Positions 27,563 to 40,802 of a stretch of 64,000 bases of DNA are shown here, in pieces; position 1 is the first letter of the stretch; each line of letters begins with the position of its first letter. Under the pieces are notes generated by a model. It did no database searches, had not been told where the DNA came from, and saw nothing but the letters and a program-made list of their open reading frames with translations. A program made the translations under genes and the position numbers. Source of the DNA: Octopus sinensis. Lineage: Eukaryota. The DNA is taken from contig NC_043013.1 of NCBI RefSeq assembly GCF_006345805.1, positions 24,924,001 to 24,988,000 on the forward strand, read 5' to 3'.

Positions 27563-30500
27563 TGTATATGTTTGTATGTCTGTATTTGTCCCCACCACCA
27601 CCACCACCATCATCTGACAACCAATATTGGTGAGTTTACATCACTGTAACTTAGCAGTTTGGCAAAAGAGGCTGATAAAATAAGTACTTGGCTTACAAAG
27701 AATAAGTCCTGGGGTCGATTTGCTTAACTAAAGGCAGTGCTCCAGCAAGGCCACAGTCAAATGACAAACAAATAAAAGAATAATATACACATAACTGATT
27801 TATATAAAATGTACACATAATCTCCCTAAGATATTTAGTATTATACAATGTGTATATTTTATGTAATGTATAGACAGTTGTTTTATTCCATTTTTCATTT
27901 TTATTTCAGATGTTAACCAAAAGTTCTCCATCTCTTTGGATAAAACTTGTTAATTACATCTCCGATATTTGGAACATAGTTGATGTTATAACGATCATCT
28001 TGTTCATCATTGGAATCATTCTTCGCCACCTGCACTATTCTGATACTGCCAGAGTAGTGCTCAGTTTAAATTTGATTTCCTTTTACTTCCGTGTTCTTCA
28101 TATGTTTTCCATTCACCAAGAACTTGGTCCAAAGCTTGTAATGATTAAGAAAATGGTTAGTATGAATCCTTTTCTTCGCTGTTCTCTTATGAATCATGCA
28201 AAATCTTTTCTTCAGTAAAAGAGCCATATTTTCTTTCTTTTCTTTTTTTTTTTTTTGTAGAAATGTAGAAAAATATTGAAGATTTTACAGTCAATACAAA
28301 TTGACTAGTTTTTTTTTATATCCATTCATTAGTTAATCTTAGAAAAATAGAGGTTACTTTTCTGTTCTCGAGTTTAGCCCAGCAGTTCTCAACCACAGCT
28401 CCCAGGGAGCATGTGGCTTTAAACATCTTTCTGGTGACCCCAAAGGTCTTTCCTCTCAAATATAAAAAAAAATTTCTTTACTCATCTTATGTTTTACTTT
28501 TTCTGAAGCAGCCCCCTAAAAGATATCCAGGTTTGGGATCTGACTTGGATGTTAAAAAGGCTGAAAACCACTGGTCTAATCATTAAACTCAATTGATGTT
28601 CTGTCTGCAGCATCAAATCACTACAAAATGAATTCTATCAAATACTGGCTAATCTCATTTTGAACAGAATTTTTTTAATACTGAATGGTTAATTTTCATA
28701 TTATAATGTTATCTATATCAATTATATTAACATAATGATTGTTATTTTCCCCGCTAATAATATTTATCTTCAGATGCAAGACCTTGGATATTTCTTCATG
28801 ATCCTGTTTGTTTTCATGGTTGCCTATGGTATTGCCACCCAGTCAATTCTCCATCCAAGCACACCAATGTCATATGATCTATTTAGAGGAGTTTTTAAAA
28901 AAGCATATTTTCAGATGTACGGAGAACTTTTTCTTGAAGAATATGATGGTAAATAATGATTTATTTTCTATTTTTCATTCACTTTTTCTCGGCTTCCACA
29001 TTATTTTCATTCCTACAACATTAACCCTTTTGATACCAACCCAGCTGAAACTACCTCTGGCTCTGTAGTACAAATGTCTTGTTTTCATAAGTTTTGAATT
29101 AAAATCTTCCCCCAAACCTTAGTCACAATTTATGTTCCTAACACTAGCTTAATAATAACTAAGTTATTTTACTAAATTCTTTGTTATATTTTAAATTAAT
29201 TGAAAGAAACACAGAGCATCTCAACAGAAATACGATAATGAAAGGGTTAATGAAATAAATTCTCATTATAAACTGAAATAAATTCAACTGAATACTTTCC
29301 TTCTCATGAAAAATTTTGCAAGTGTTTCTTCACAGAAAATACATTTTCTATTTTTAAGAACAGAATAAATTTGACTTTAAATTATTCAGTTTTGACCTTT
29401 TACATTCTCAGCTGAAATCTTACAAGATTCAATATCTTTCTGTGATAATAATGAACTCAATATATACATAGCTCAGTTGCACTGCAACATATCAAAAAAA
29501 GTAACCAAAAGGTGCATGAACAATGCATTTATAATAATACAGAGAAAGGGAACAGTGAATGAGAGATTAAAAAAAAATTGGGGTGAGAGGTGTAGAGTTG
29601 GAGATTTTCTGAGAGCATGGAAGTTTTGAAGGATGTAGTGTCCTGACAGCTAACAAATGATGTGGGTAGTTTATGTCATGCTTCAGCAATTCTGAGCTAT
29701 TTGTGATACTTTAAGATATTCACCTTGCAACCACATGATTTTGGGCAAGTGTCTTCTACTATAACCCTGGCCAACAGATGCCTTGTGAGTGAATTTGGTG
29801 GACTGAAAAAAACTTATTGTATGTGATTGTTCACACCCACCCACCCGCCTCTTGACAACTGGTGTTGGTTTCTTAACATCCTAGTAAGTTAACAGTTCAT
29901 CAAAAGAGACCAATATGGTAGGTACCAGACTTAAATAAGTACTAAAGTCAAAATGCCCCAGCATGGCCACAGTCAAATGACTGAAACAAGTAAAAAACAA
30001 AAGATAAAAGAATTGCAAAATCCTCTCCATTTTCCAACAGAAAAAAAAAGACAACAAAGAAACCAAGAAGAAATTAGCCAATGTCTCAATCAAATCCATA
30101 AGTCTAATATTTGACTTTTGACATAGGTAGAAGGCCTGGAATTTGGTGGAGGATATAACCAATTATTAGGTGTGCTGGTATTTTGAAAATACCTCATGGA
30201 GCCATGACCATGTCCTGCATAGTGACAGACTGCCCTTTGGCAAAGCATAATATCCACTCAGCCACCCAGCCAGGGATACAGTGAAGCCATGGGACTGCAG
30301 CATGGTGGATCTTGAAGAGACAGGGGAAGAGATCAGCTGAGCCATTGTACTTCTTACATTGATGCTGAGCAGAGGAATCTTAGAAGATCAAAGGTCAAAG
30401 TCACAAGGCTCTGTCAAGAAAGTAATTGCAATTAATCTTTGGAGCAACATCCATGGTTGTGTAATCAACTAACTAAAGATTTACATCTTGTTTATTGTTT

Positions 30501-32401
30501 ACACAACATTTCAGCTGATATATCCTCCAGCCTTCATCAGGTGTCTTGGGAAATTTTGAACCTGGGTTCTCATTCCTAAGGTATTTTTCTGATATTATTA
30601 TTATTATTATTCAGGTCACTGCATTGAATTGAACTCAGAATCTTGTGGTTAGTAGGCCACGCTTTTAACCACTATGCCATATGCCCGTGGGCAATAATGA
30701 TAATAACATCGAAAAATGCCTTACGAATGAGAACCCAGGTTTGAAATTTCCCCAGGACACCTGATGAAGGTTGGAGAGTATATCAGCTGAAATGTTGTGT
30801 TAACAACAAACAAGATCAGAAGCAGCTTGCACATTCACCTTGCTAGTTTAAGTGGGGAAATAATCCTTAGATACGAGTTTAAGATCATATTGCACCCGTT
30901 ACTGCAATTGCTGAAATGATTCTTGATTTTTGTATATTTCTTGTGTTTCAGAAACTAATTGTAATAATGTATCTGGCAAATGTCCCTCAACAATTGGTAC
31001 ATACATCGCACCAATTTTGATGTGTTTATATATTTTGCTAACGAATATTCTTCTTCTCAATTTACTCATTGCCATGTTCAGGTGAGAACTTTAACTTTAT
31101 GCGCGTTTGTGTGTGTGTGTGTGTGCATGTGTATGTGTGTGTATGAATGTGACCATGTCTGTGTATGCACGTACGAGTGTATGCATGTGTATGAGTGTAT
31201 GCATGTGTGCATGTCTGTATGTGTGCGTGAGTGTGAGCATGTTTGTGTGTAAGTCTATGTGTGTGAATGTGTGCAGGTGTGCATGTATAAGTGTATGCAT
31301 GTGTACATGTCTGTGTGTGAGTGTGTGTATGCATGTCTATGTGAGTGTGTGTGTGTGAAAACATGCATATGTATAAATGTTCTTTTCTCTAATAGCTGTG
31401 ATTTATATAAATGCATGATGGTGATGATGATGATGAGGAGGAGGAGGAGGATGGATATGATTATGGTAGTGATGAGGATGATGATGATAATAATATTGAC
31501 GGCAATGTTTATGAGAGCGATAATTATGATGATGATGATTATGATGACGATCATGATGAGGATGATGATAATGCTGATGTAGTGATGTATATGTAGAGAA
31601 ATTTTTCTAAACATAACAAAACCCAATATTTATTTTAATATATATTGTTTCTTTTCTTTTTGGTTTTTTTTTACATATCAGCTGCACATTCCAAAATGTG
31701 CAGGTAAATACAGACCTTCACTGGCACTTCCAAAGATACAGCCTGATCTTTGAGTTTTACACTCGACCCCCTCTTCCTCCTCCACTCATTCTCTTGAATA
31801 ACATCTATCTCCTTTTTCGGTACCTTTACAAAAAAAAAAGACATTTACCATACAAGAAAAAATCTGGATTTAGTAAGTATTGTTTTTTGTTTTTTTTTTT
31901 CCTATATTCTTATTGTTATTCTTTTACTTGTTTCAGTCATTTGTTGTAGCCATGCCATTTAGTCGAACAAATTGACCCCCAAGACTTATTCTTTGTAAGC
32001 CTAGTACTTCATCTATTGGTCTCTTTTGCTGAACCCACTGAGTTACAGGGGTCATAAACTCACCAACATCGGTTGTCAAGTGATGGTGGAGGGACAAACA
32101 CACACACACATCATCATCATCATCTTTCAATGTCTGCTTTCCATGCTAGCATGGGTTGGATATATATATGTATATACACATACACATATATTGTTTTTTT
32201 GTTTGTCATTTGACTGTGGCCATGCTGGAGCACCACCTTTAGTTGAATAAATTGCCCCCAGAACTTTGTAAGACTAGTACTTATTCTATCAGTCTCTTTT
32301 GCTGAACTGCTGATGTACGGGAATGTAAACACACCAACATCGGTTGTCAAGCAATGGTGGGAGGACAGACACAGACACACACACACAAACATATACATAC
32401 T

Positions 32402-32456
<55 letters not shown>

Positions 32457-34968
32457 CAGGCTTCTTTCAGTTTCCATCTGCCAAATTCCTGGCAGCACAC
32501 TGAGTCCTTGAGCAAGACTATTTCACATAGCCCCAGGCTGCTCAGCTAGCAAAAATGAGTTGCATTTGTGTTTTAAAGAAACCAGCTTTGTCACATTCTG
32601 TTTCATGCTGAATCTCCCTGAGAAATACATGAAGAGTAAGTATGTCTGTGCAGTACTCAGCCACTTGTATATTCATTTCATGAACAGGCTATTCCAGTGA
32701 CTGGATCGACTGGAACACTCGTCTTCATAACCAACAAAGTGCATATTTCATATTATTTCACCACTAATCAGATATAAACATGTAGAATTTTTGCAACCAG
32801 GTAATGGTGAGTAGATATGAAAGGCTGTTATGAGTTCCATACCAAAGCTGCAAATAATGACTGCAAAAACTTAAGTATCATGAAATATGCTTTTTTCATT
32901 GTTATTATTATTATTCAGAGAAATCATCATCATCATCATTGTTCGACCGTGGTCGAGACAATGGAATTTACCATGTTGCGCCAGACTTCACGGTCCATCA
33001 TAGCATTACGGAGGTCCTGTTGCTGGATGCCTGTATCCCTGGAGATTACATCAGGGTAGGAGAGTGTGCGCCCTCTGGTGTTGCGAGTAGATGGCTTCCA
33101 GAGGAGAAGAGTAGAAATTACTTCTTTTTCAGCTCTACAACAATGTCCAGCAAACTGGACTCTCCTACCTTTCACAAGAGATGACACAGGTGGTAATTTC
33201 CCATATATTTGCATTTTAGTTGGATGGCGCCTCCACGAGATATTTTGAGCTCTCATAAGGAGGCGAGTGTAGGTTCCATCCAACCGCCTCTCAAGCTTCT
33301 TTGATAACGTCCAGGTTTCTGAGCCATATAGTAGAATTGGTTCGACTGTGGCTTTGAATATTTCAAGTTTGAAGTCTCTACTTAGATTTGATGACCAGAT
33401 CTTATGCATGTCATTACAGGCTGACCAGGCCATACCCTTTCTAGTTAGAAAGTCTTTTCCAGATGATGATATGTATGACCCAAGATATTTATAATCAGAA
33501 ACCATATTTAAAGGTGCACTGTTGAGAGTGTGGATGATGCAATCACTGTTGGACAGGCACTTGTTTATGTATTCAGTTTTGGTCTCATTGAGGTAAAGAC
33601 CTACACAATTTGAGGCTTGTTCAAGAGATTGTAAAAGAGACTGGGCATTGGAGAGAGAATCACTGATAAGAGCGATGTCGTCAGCAAAGTCAGTGTCTGT
33701 CAAGTACTCAGCTGGGTGTCTGGAACTTCTTCTTGGTTTTATTTCAAAGCCCTTGCCAGAGATGGTATCAACTGACATACGTAGCACATAATCAACAACA
33801 ATGATGAAAAGAAATGGGGCGAGTGTGTCTCCCTGCAGTATTCCGGCCTCGATCGAGAAAGATGATGTTTCTCCATCAGGGGTTAAGATGGTTGAAGACG
33901 TATCTGTGTAGAGGACCTTGATGGCAGAAATAATTTTGTCTGGTATCCCATAGAGCTTAAGGATTTCAAACATCTTGTACCTATCTACAGAATCGAACGC
34001 TTTAGAAAAGTCTACAAATACCATTGCAAGATCGCGATTAAATGCTTTTGATTCTTCAATAAGTCTGCGCAGGCATAGTATCTGGCTCAGCATTGAGCGC
34101 CCATGTCTGAATCCATTTTGGTTCTTTCGGAGCAAAGGTTCAACAAAAAGGACAAGACGATTTAGGATCAGTTTGTTGTACAGTTTTGCAGCAATTGACA
34201 TTAGAGATATGCCCCTGTAGTTGGTGACGAGGGACAAATCGCCTTTTTTGGGTATTGGAATGATTTGAGATTGGTGCCAAATCTTTGGAGTGACAAAGGT
34301 GGAAAGTGTGTGGTTGCAGAAACAGAACTAAATCCAACAGCAATTTTAATGGAGGCATAAATAATGACTCCAAAAGCTTAAGTGTCATACTCTTTTACTT
34401 GTTTCAGTCATTTGACTGTGGCCATGCTGGAACACCACCGTTAGTCGAGCAAATCGACCCCAGGACTTATTCTTTGTAAGCCCAGTACTTATTCTATCTG
34501 TCTCTTTTGCTGAACCGCTAAGTTACGGGGACATAAACACACCAGCATCAGTTGTCAAGCGATGTTGGGGGGACAAAGACAGACACACAAACATACACAC
34601 ACACATACATATATATAGCGGGCTTCTTTCAGTTTCTGCCTACCAAATCCACTCACAAGGCTTTAGTTGGCCCGAGGCTATAGTAGAAGTGACTTGCCCA
34701 AGGTGCCACGCAGTGGGACTGAACCCAGAACCATGTAGTTCGTAAGCAAGTTACTTACCACACAGCCACTCCTACACCTATCATGACATATGTTGTTATT
34801 CATCATCATCATCATCATTGTTTAACATCCATTTTCCATGCTAGCATGAGTTGGACGATTATTATTATTATTCATAGAAATAAATACATCTCACTGGAAC
34901 TAAATTCCACAGCAATTCTAATGGAGGCATAAATAATGACTCCAAAAACTGAAGTAACATGAAATATG

Positions 34969-35006
<38 letters not shown>

Positions 35007-38000
35007 GAAATAAATACATCTTAATGGAACTAAATTCAGCAGCAATTCCATTGGAGGTATGTCAAGCCATGAATAGCTAGATTGTTACAGAGAACATATT
35101 GTCACTCAAAGGAAATATATTACTATACATAATATTACAAAATAAAGAATATAAAAACGGCTTTTGGTTACAACACAGAAGTAATTTGTGTTCACATGAG
35201 TAATAAATATTCATCATGCATGCAAGAAAAATGTAGTGAATACATAGGGTCACAAAGCAGATGATAGTGATTTAGACATAAGAGGTAGTTTGTTTTACAT
35301 TTTACTGTGTAATACAACTAAGTAAAAATAAGCAGAAAATCTGACTTAACAAATTCTGTCCAACACCTAAATAAATATCTTGGCAGATGCTTACCTAGAT
35401 CACCTTAGAACTTATGCAAGTCTAACAACCAGATGCCATCTATAACATTATATACATAAACACTTTCAATTTATTATCACATGAATCAATCACAACCAAA
35501 TCCTGACACATGTACACCCCAAGTGATCAATTCGTACCAACTTGGCAACTGAAGCATTGGCATCAATCTTTATCACAACAACCAGTTATCACAAACTGTT
35601 CAGCTGGCATTTCTAAAGGACAGCAACAACAGCAGCACCAACAGTATAAGGACACATACACAAAAATATGTTGGAGCAACAGAGGGCCTTTTCAAGCTGT
35701 GGCCAAAAAACCACAAATCCTCTTTTAAGATTCTAGAGAGGTACATTGCATCTTTGACCAACTACATATGGAATTTAAAAGAGCAGGGAACACAAAGATA
35801 TTACAGTTACATTATTCTTTTCTCACTTGCTTTACTTTCACACAGTGTTTTGTTATCTGGCATTTTCAGACATTTCATTTCAGTCCAGCTATTTGACTTT
35901 TCATTCTTTATCTATTAATATCTTGTATGTTGACCATAACAACTCTTGTATATATTTTTCTCTATATCTTTCTTCCATAGGAGAAAAATTTGACAAAAAT
36001 GATGAGAAACGTCTGATTCACTGGGAAGATGAGATGGCAGACTCTTATTTATCAAAGAAAGAGAAATATGATAGTAATAGCATGTATGAGAAAGTAATTT
36101 CATCTTCAAATCGGTACGTATTCCAGTTGTAAAGGAATTGGTACTCAAAACCTAAAAGAAAAGCACTTTTATATTTGTGGTGTAAGGATGACTGAATTGA
36201 CATGACTTCAATATTAATTTTGTTTTATCAAATTTTGCTGAATGGAAAGTATAATTACTGTAATAAATGTAGTTTGGTGCTCTGTCTCCATTATTTTCCC
36301 AGCCCTAATGAGCCATTCTTGCATGGCCTACATGACAGCCAGAGACAAATTATGAAATATCCAAGGTATATCTTGAACATTTACAAGAATTGTTTTGATT
36401 AATTTTTCACAGTAAATTTTGACTACCCAGACAAATATTAAACACAAAAGTTTTACTTGCAATGTAAGCTGCGATTTTTTGAAGAGGATACAAAATGTGT
36501 TGTGATGCATGTGACATTGCCCAAAATAACTTTCTTCCCCTGAAAATATTATCTGGCAATTCCTCAGAATTTCTCCAGAACACCATAAAAATCCCCACAG
36601 TGCTTTAAAATTTCTAAAATTTCAAGTGTGTTTGCTGGACAACAATATCTGTGGTCATAATTCTCATTTATTTGGTATGACATGGATAAGAAAAATCAAT
36701 GTGACATGATAAAGAGCCTCATATTAAAGATCTGCAAGAAATTGTCTCACTATCTGGTCAAAAATGAACCATTCCAACATACTGTTATGGATATTTAGAG
36801 ATTTTTCAAAGCATTCTAAAAAATTTTGGAATCCTGTTTTAAACTTTCATGAGAATGGCCCTAAACAATAAAGAGTTCTTGTAGACACAAAACCAGTTTT
36901 GTTTGAAAGGGATGCATTAAACCAAATCAACACCTCTACTCTGCCAGAATACATTTTATCTACACCAAAGAATACAAAGAATAAAGTTAATCTCCACAAT
37001 ATTTGAACTCAGAATATGAGAGTGAAAATATGTGGAAGCTTCTAAGAGTTCCAGACTATTTGTTTCGTAGTTTACAGAATCATTTGGGGGACATAACTTT
37101 TGCAAGCCAGGAGGAGGTTGAAACTGACATTTCAGAGTTCTTCGCTTTGAAACCAAAAGAGTTTTACATTGATGGGATTAAAAAGCTTGTAAATAGATGG
37201 AAGGAAGTCATAGATAATCAGGAAAAGTACATTGATGGTTAAATTTCAATTAAATATAACATTTGATCACTTGTTTTCTTTATTCAAAATTCAGACAGAA
37301 CTTAAGGGATGACCTGATACTACCTACTACACAAGGGAGCACTAAAAAGTTCTTGGCTTTAAGGGTTAGTTGGAGGCCCAACCTTCCAAATTCTTTTACA
37401 GAGTTTAGAAATACTGAAGGACCACTGCAATAAGTGTGTGAATCTGAGAAGGGAATATGTTGAACAAAATCATAATTAACTGATCCTCCAGTATTTTTTT
37501 TATCCAAAGCCAGGAACTTTTCAGCCCCACCCACTTATATTTTCTATCCAGTGTTGGTAATGTTTCATTTATGAGGACCTATAACTTCATATCTTAAGTT
37601 GCCTATAAAACATTTTCTTATGACATTATTAGTTGAACACAATAACACATGTACTATCTTTATCCTTACAGAATTGACCAATTAACGCTGAAAGTAGAAG
37701 AATTACAACACCAATTGCAATATTCTAAATATGAAAATTCACAGAATGCTTTCCCTAAAATTTTGTCTCCAAAATCTGTAATGGAAATTTCTAAAGATGT
37801 CAGCACTTCAAATCAGAAGCTACAAAAAATTGAAGAAAAGGTTTGTAATTTATTATTTTTAATTTAAGAAGACAGTCAAAATGAATCTATTGCAGCATAT
37901 CTTTTAGAATCAATTACTGAATTATAAAATCTTGAACACCTATTCTCATTTTTAAAAAAATTGAATTGCAGACATTTAGATTATCACAGTAATTCTTACA

Positions 38001-40768
38001 AACAACTTCTAACCATCTTGAAGAAGAAGACACATGAGATTAAAGAACAAAGATATCTTGGTAATGTTAGTGAATTTGATATTTAGTTTGAGTGATATTT
38101 GTCAGCAGATAAGGAGAAAATAGATGAAAGCAAGAAGAGAGCTGTTGCTGATGTTATTTAGCCCCAGATCAGTCCTGATTGAGTAGACCTATGTTCAAAG
38201 GCATTCCTACTAAGGCCATCCATCTTAATTTCAGATATAGAACGATACAGTTCTAAATGAACTATGTATCCTTCTTTTCTAAAGATTGACGAATGTGATT
38301 TGAGGGAGATTTGATTGTTATTTCTAGTAAATTGAGTGACTATATAGAAGCCTGTAGATAGTTGCCTCAAAGTGAAAGAACTGCAATGAATTCACTCAGA
38401 AGATTGATGAGCCCTTGAGTGGTTTACTGTATGAAGTGAATTCAGAAATACATGGTCAGGATCTAGTTTCATTGAAGTCAGAAGAACACAAGTTATTGGT
38501 GTGGTAGTGTTAAATGCTGGCATGGGTTGAACAGCCTGACAGGAGCTGGCAAGACCAGGGGCCACACGGTTACATAGCTTGCTTTGTTTCTGCAGCTGGA
38601 CACCGTTCCTAACACCAAGCACTTTACAAAATGTATTGAGTGCTTTTTGTGTGGCATCACCAACAGTTGGAAAGCAAAAGATTAGTGAATGTGATTAATG
38701 CTGTTTAACCCAAGGTCAGCTTTGATTCGACAAACCTATGACGAAAGATGTTCCTGTTGAGAACTAACCCGAATACTTGCCAGACACCCAAGGTGTTCCA
38801 AGTAGTGGTGTTAAACCAAACAAGCAACCCAAGGCAGGATTTGAATTCAGAACACAGTACACCTCATCCACCTCTCTTTTGTTGCCATCAATGCACTGTT
38901 CTAGACTGGACCCCAGAGTACTTTTTGCCCTCATTTTCTTTTTAATCTTTTCCATAAATCACCTACCGTAAAAATTTTCTACCATGACCTAACATTTTCT
39001 ATGTATGTGTGAGTACCTTAAAAGACGTGATTAGACAGAGGTCCAATAGAATTGAATGGACCAGCTGCTGGTCAAAATGTTCTTATAACTCAAATGTCCC
39101 TCACTCCTTCCAATAGGATCTACATGTTTAAGCGGCTTCAATTTCCTTTCAAACTCTTCTTTGCAATGACAATAAATAAGGCACAGGGTCAATCATTGCA
39201 AATGGTTGGTTTAAATCTCACAGAGCAAGTGTTCTCCCATGGTCAACTTTATGTCTGCTGGAGAAATATTCTATTTTATTCCAAGACAATAATTCTTTAA
39301 ATCAAAGAAGCGAACTCTTGAATTCATGCAGACACACAGCCAAATTTAAAATGTCAACTAGCAATATCCCATATGGATAGCGTATATTTTTGACTCTTGG
39401 ACTAGTTTTTAATCACACTGTTGGATTTGTTTCGTATTATGCATGATTTATTCCGCATCGCAAAGTTTTTGTATATATTTCAATATATTTCATAAGAAAA
39501 ACCTTCGACTGTTATACACTAATATTAGTTTCTTGTTTAGGATTCTGCTTTTATCTTATTTCATTTTATTGTATCTTATAAACCCACTTTGGTCGTTTAA
39601 TTTATAGATAATTTGATATAGGGTGTTATATTTTTCATGTCTTTTATCTAAATTTTATTATGCACTCAGCAATTTTTTATATATAATGTTTGTATATACG
39701 TCAGATCCATGTTTTTATGTGAATATTTGTATTGGTATGCATATGTATTCGTATGCACACGTCTATGTATATGTGTAAGTGAGCATGTATGTTTATACTT
39801 ATGCACATACATACATAGATGTATATGTATGCATGTATTCACTTGAATTTGTGTGGATGTGTATTTATGTATTTGTCTCTATATACTTATATATGTGTAT
39901 TTGCTGCTAATATACACTTTTATATACACATGTATGAAATTTTATTTTGTGTACATTCGTTGCGCATATTCACTTTTCTTTTTTCCTTTCTCTCGTTAAA
40001 GAAAAGTATTGTTTCTCCCCTTATTCGTTACTTGTAGAGTCCTGTAACTTTACGCCCCTCTCCCCTTCTCTTACTCACTTCTTTAGCTATCTGTTGCTTA
40101 TAAGGTCGTTGCCTTTTCTTTTCTTTTTCTTCCCCCTCTCTGCGTTTTACCTTTTGTCTATATGTATACACCAAGTGATTTTTGCATGCAGGCAAGATTG
40201 CATATACATGTATGTGTATATATTAATGTTTTGTATTTATATGTCTGCATATGTATGTGGTCGGTGTACATCTATCTGTGTATTTTGATGTATATATGTA
40301 TATTGATGGTTTAGTATGATTATATACGGTTGTGAAATATTTAAATCTTTATGTACTAATTGTATTAATTGAATTATATTTTCTATATAATTAATGGCAA
40401 TATGTATTTTGAATCTGCTCTCCGATTTAAGGTTTTTCCTCAATTTTTTTATAACTTATATTGAATTCATTTATTTTGTTTATCACATACTTAAGACCGT
40501 TATTTGAAAGGACCAATGAAACAAATCCATTTTTAAAGGTGTATCCTTTAACTAGTTTTGATCAAATTGTTATTTCTGTTCTATTTTAACAAAATTGTCC
40601 AACAAACGGGAACGTGAAACTCTGAGTAACAGCTTTTGTTATATTTCTGCTGCTTTTAAATAAAGTATATATATATAAAGATACATACATATATACACAC
40701 AAGCCACTTGGTGTTAAATGGATGTACTATTAAATTAGTATACAACTTTCTCACCCTCATTAGTTGAT

Positions 40769-40802
<34 letters not shown>

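Noticed and set aside
30612-30690. Functional tRNA gene (also the SINE heads)
   Set aside because: A and B boxes are present but acceptor and T stems do not pair; tRNA-derived repeat head.
32936-34237. Domesticated reverse transcriptase gene
   Set aside because: 5'-truncated, lacks its endonuclease and a real ATG start, and ends in a LINE tail; simply a young insertion.
34395-34440. SINE A tail hairpin cagtcaaatgactg-aaac as a ribozyme
   Set aside because: No CUGANGA-type core upstream; better explained as a LINE-type 3' stem-loop.
39052-39300. Host PIF1 helicase exon or TRPM fusion exon
   Set aside because: Isolated, truncated after GQLYV, with no other helicase exons; typical Helitron debris.
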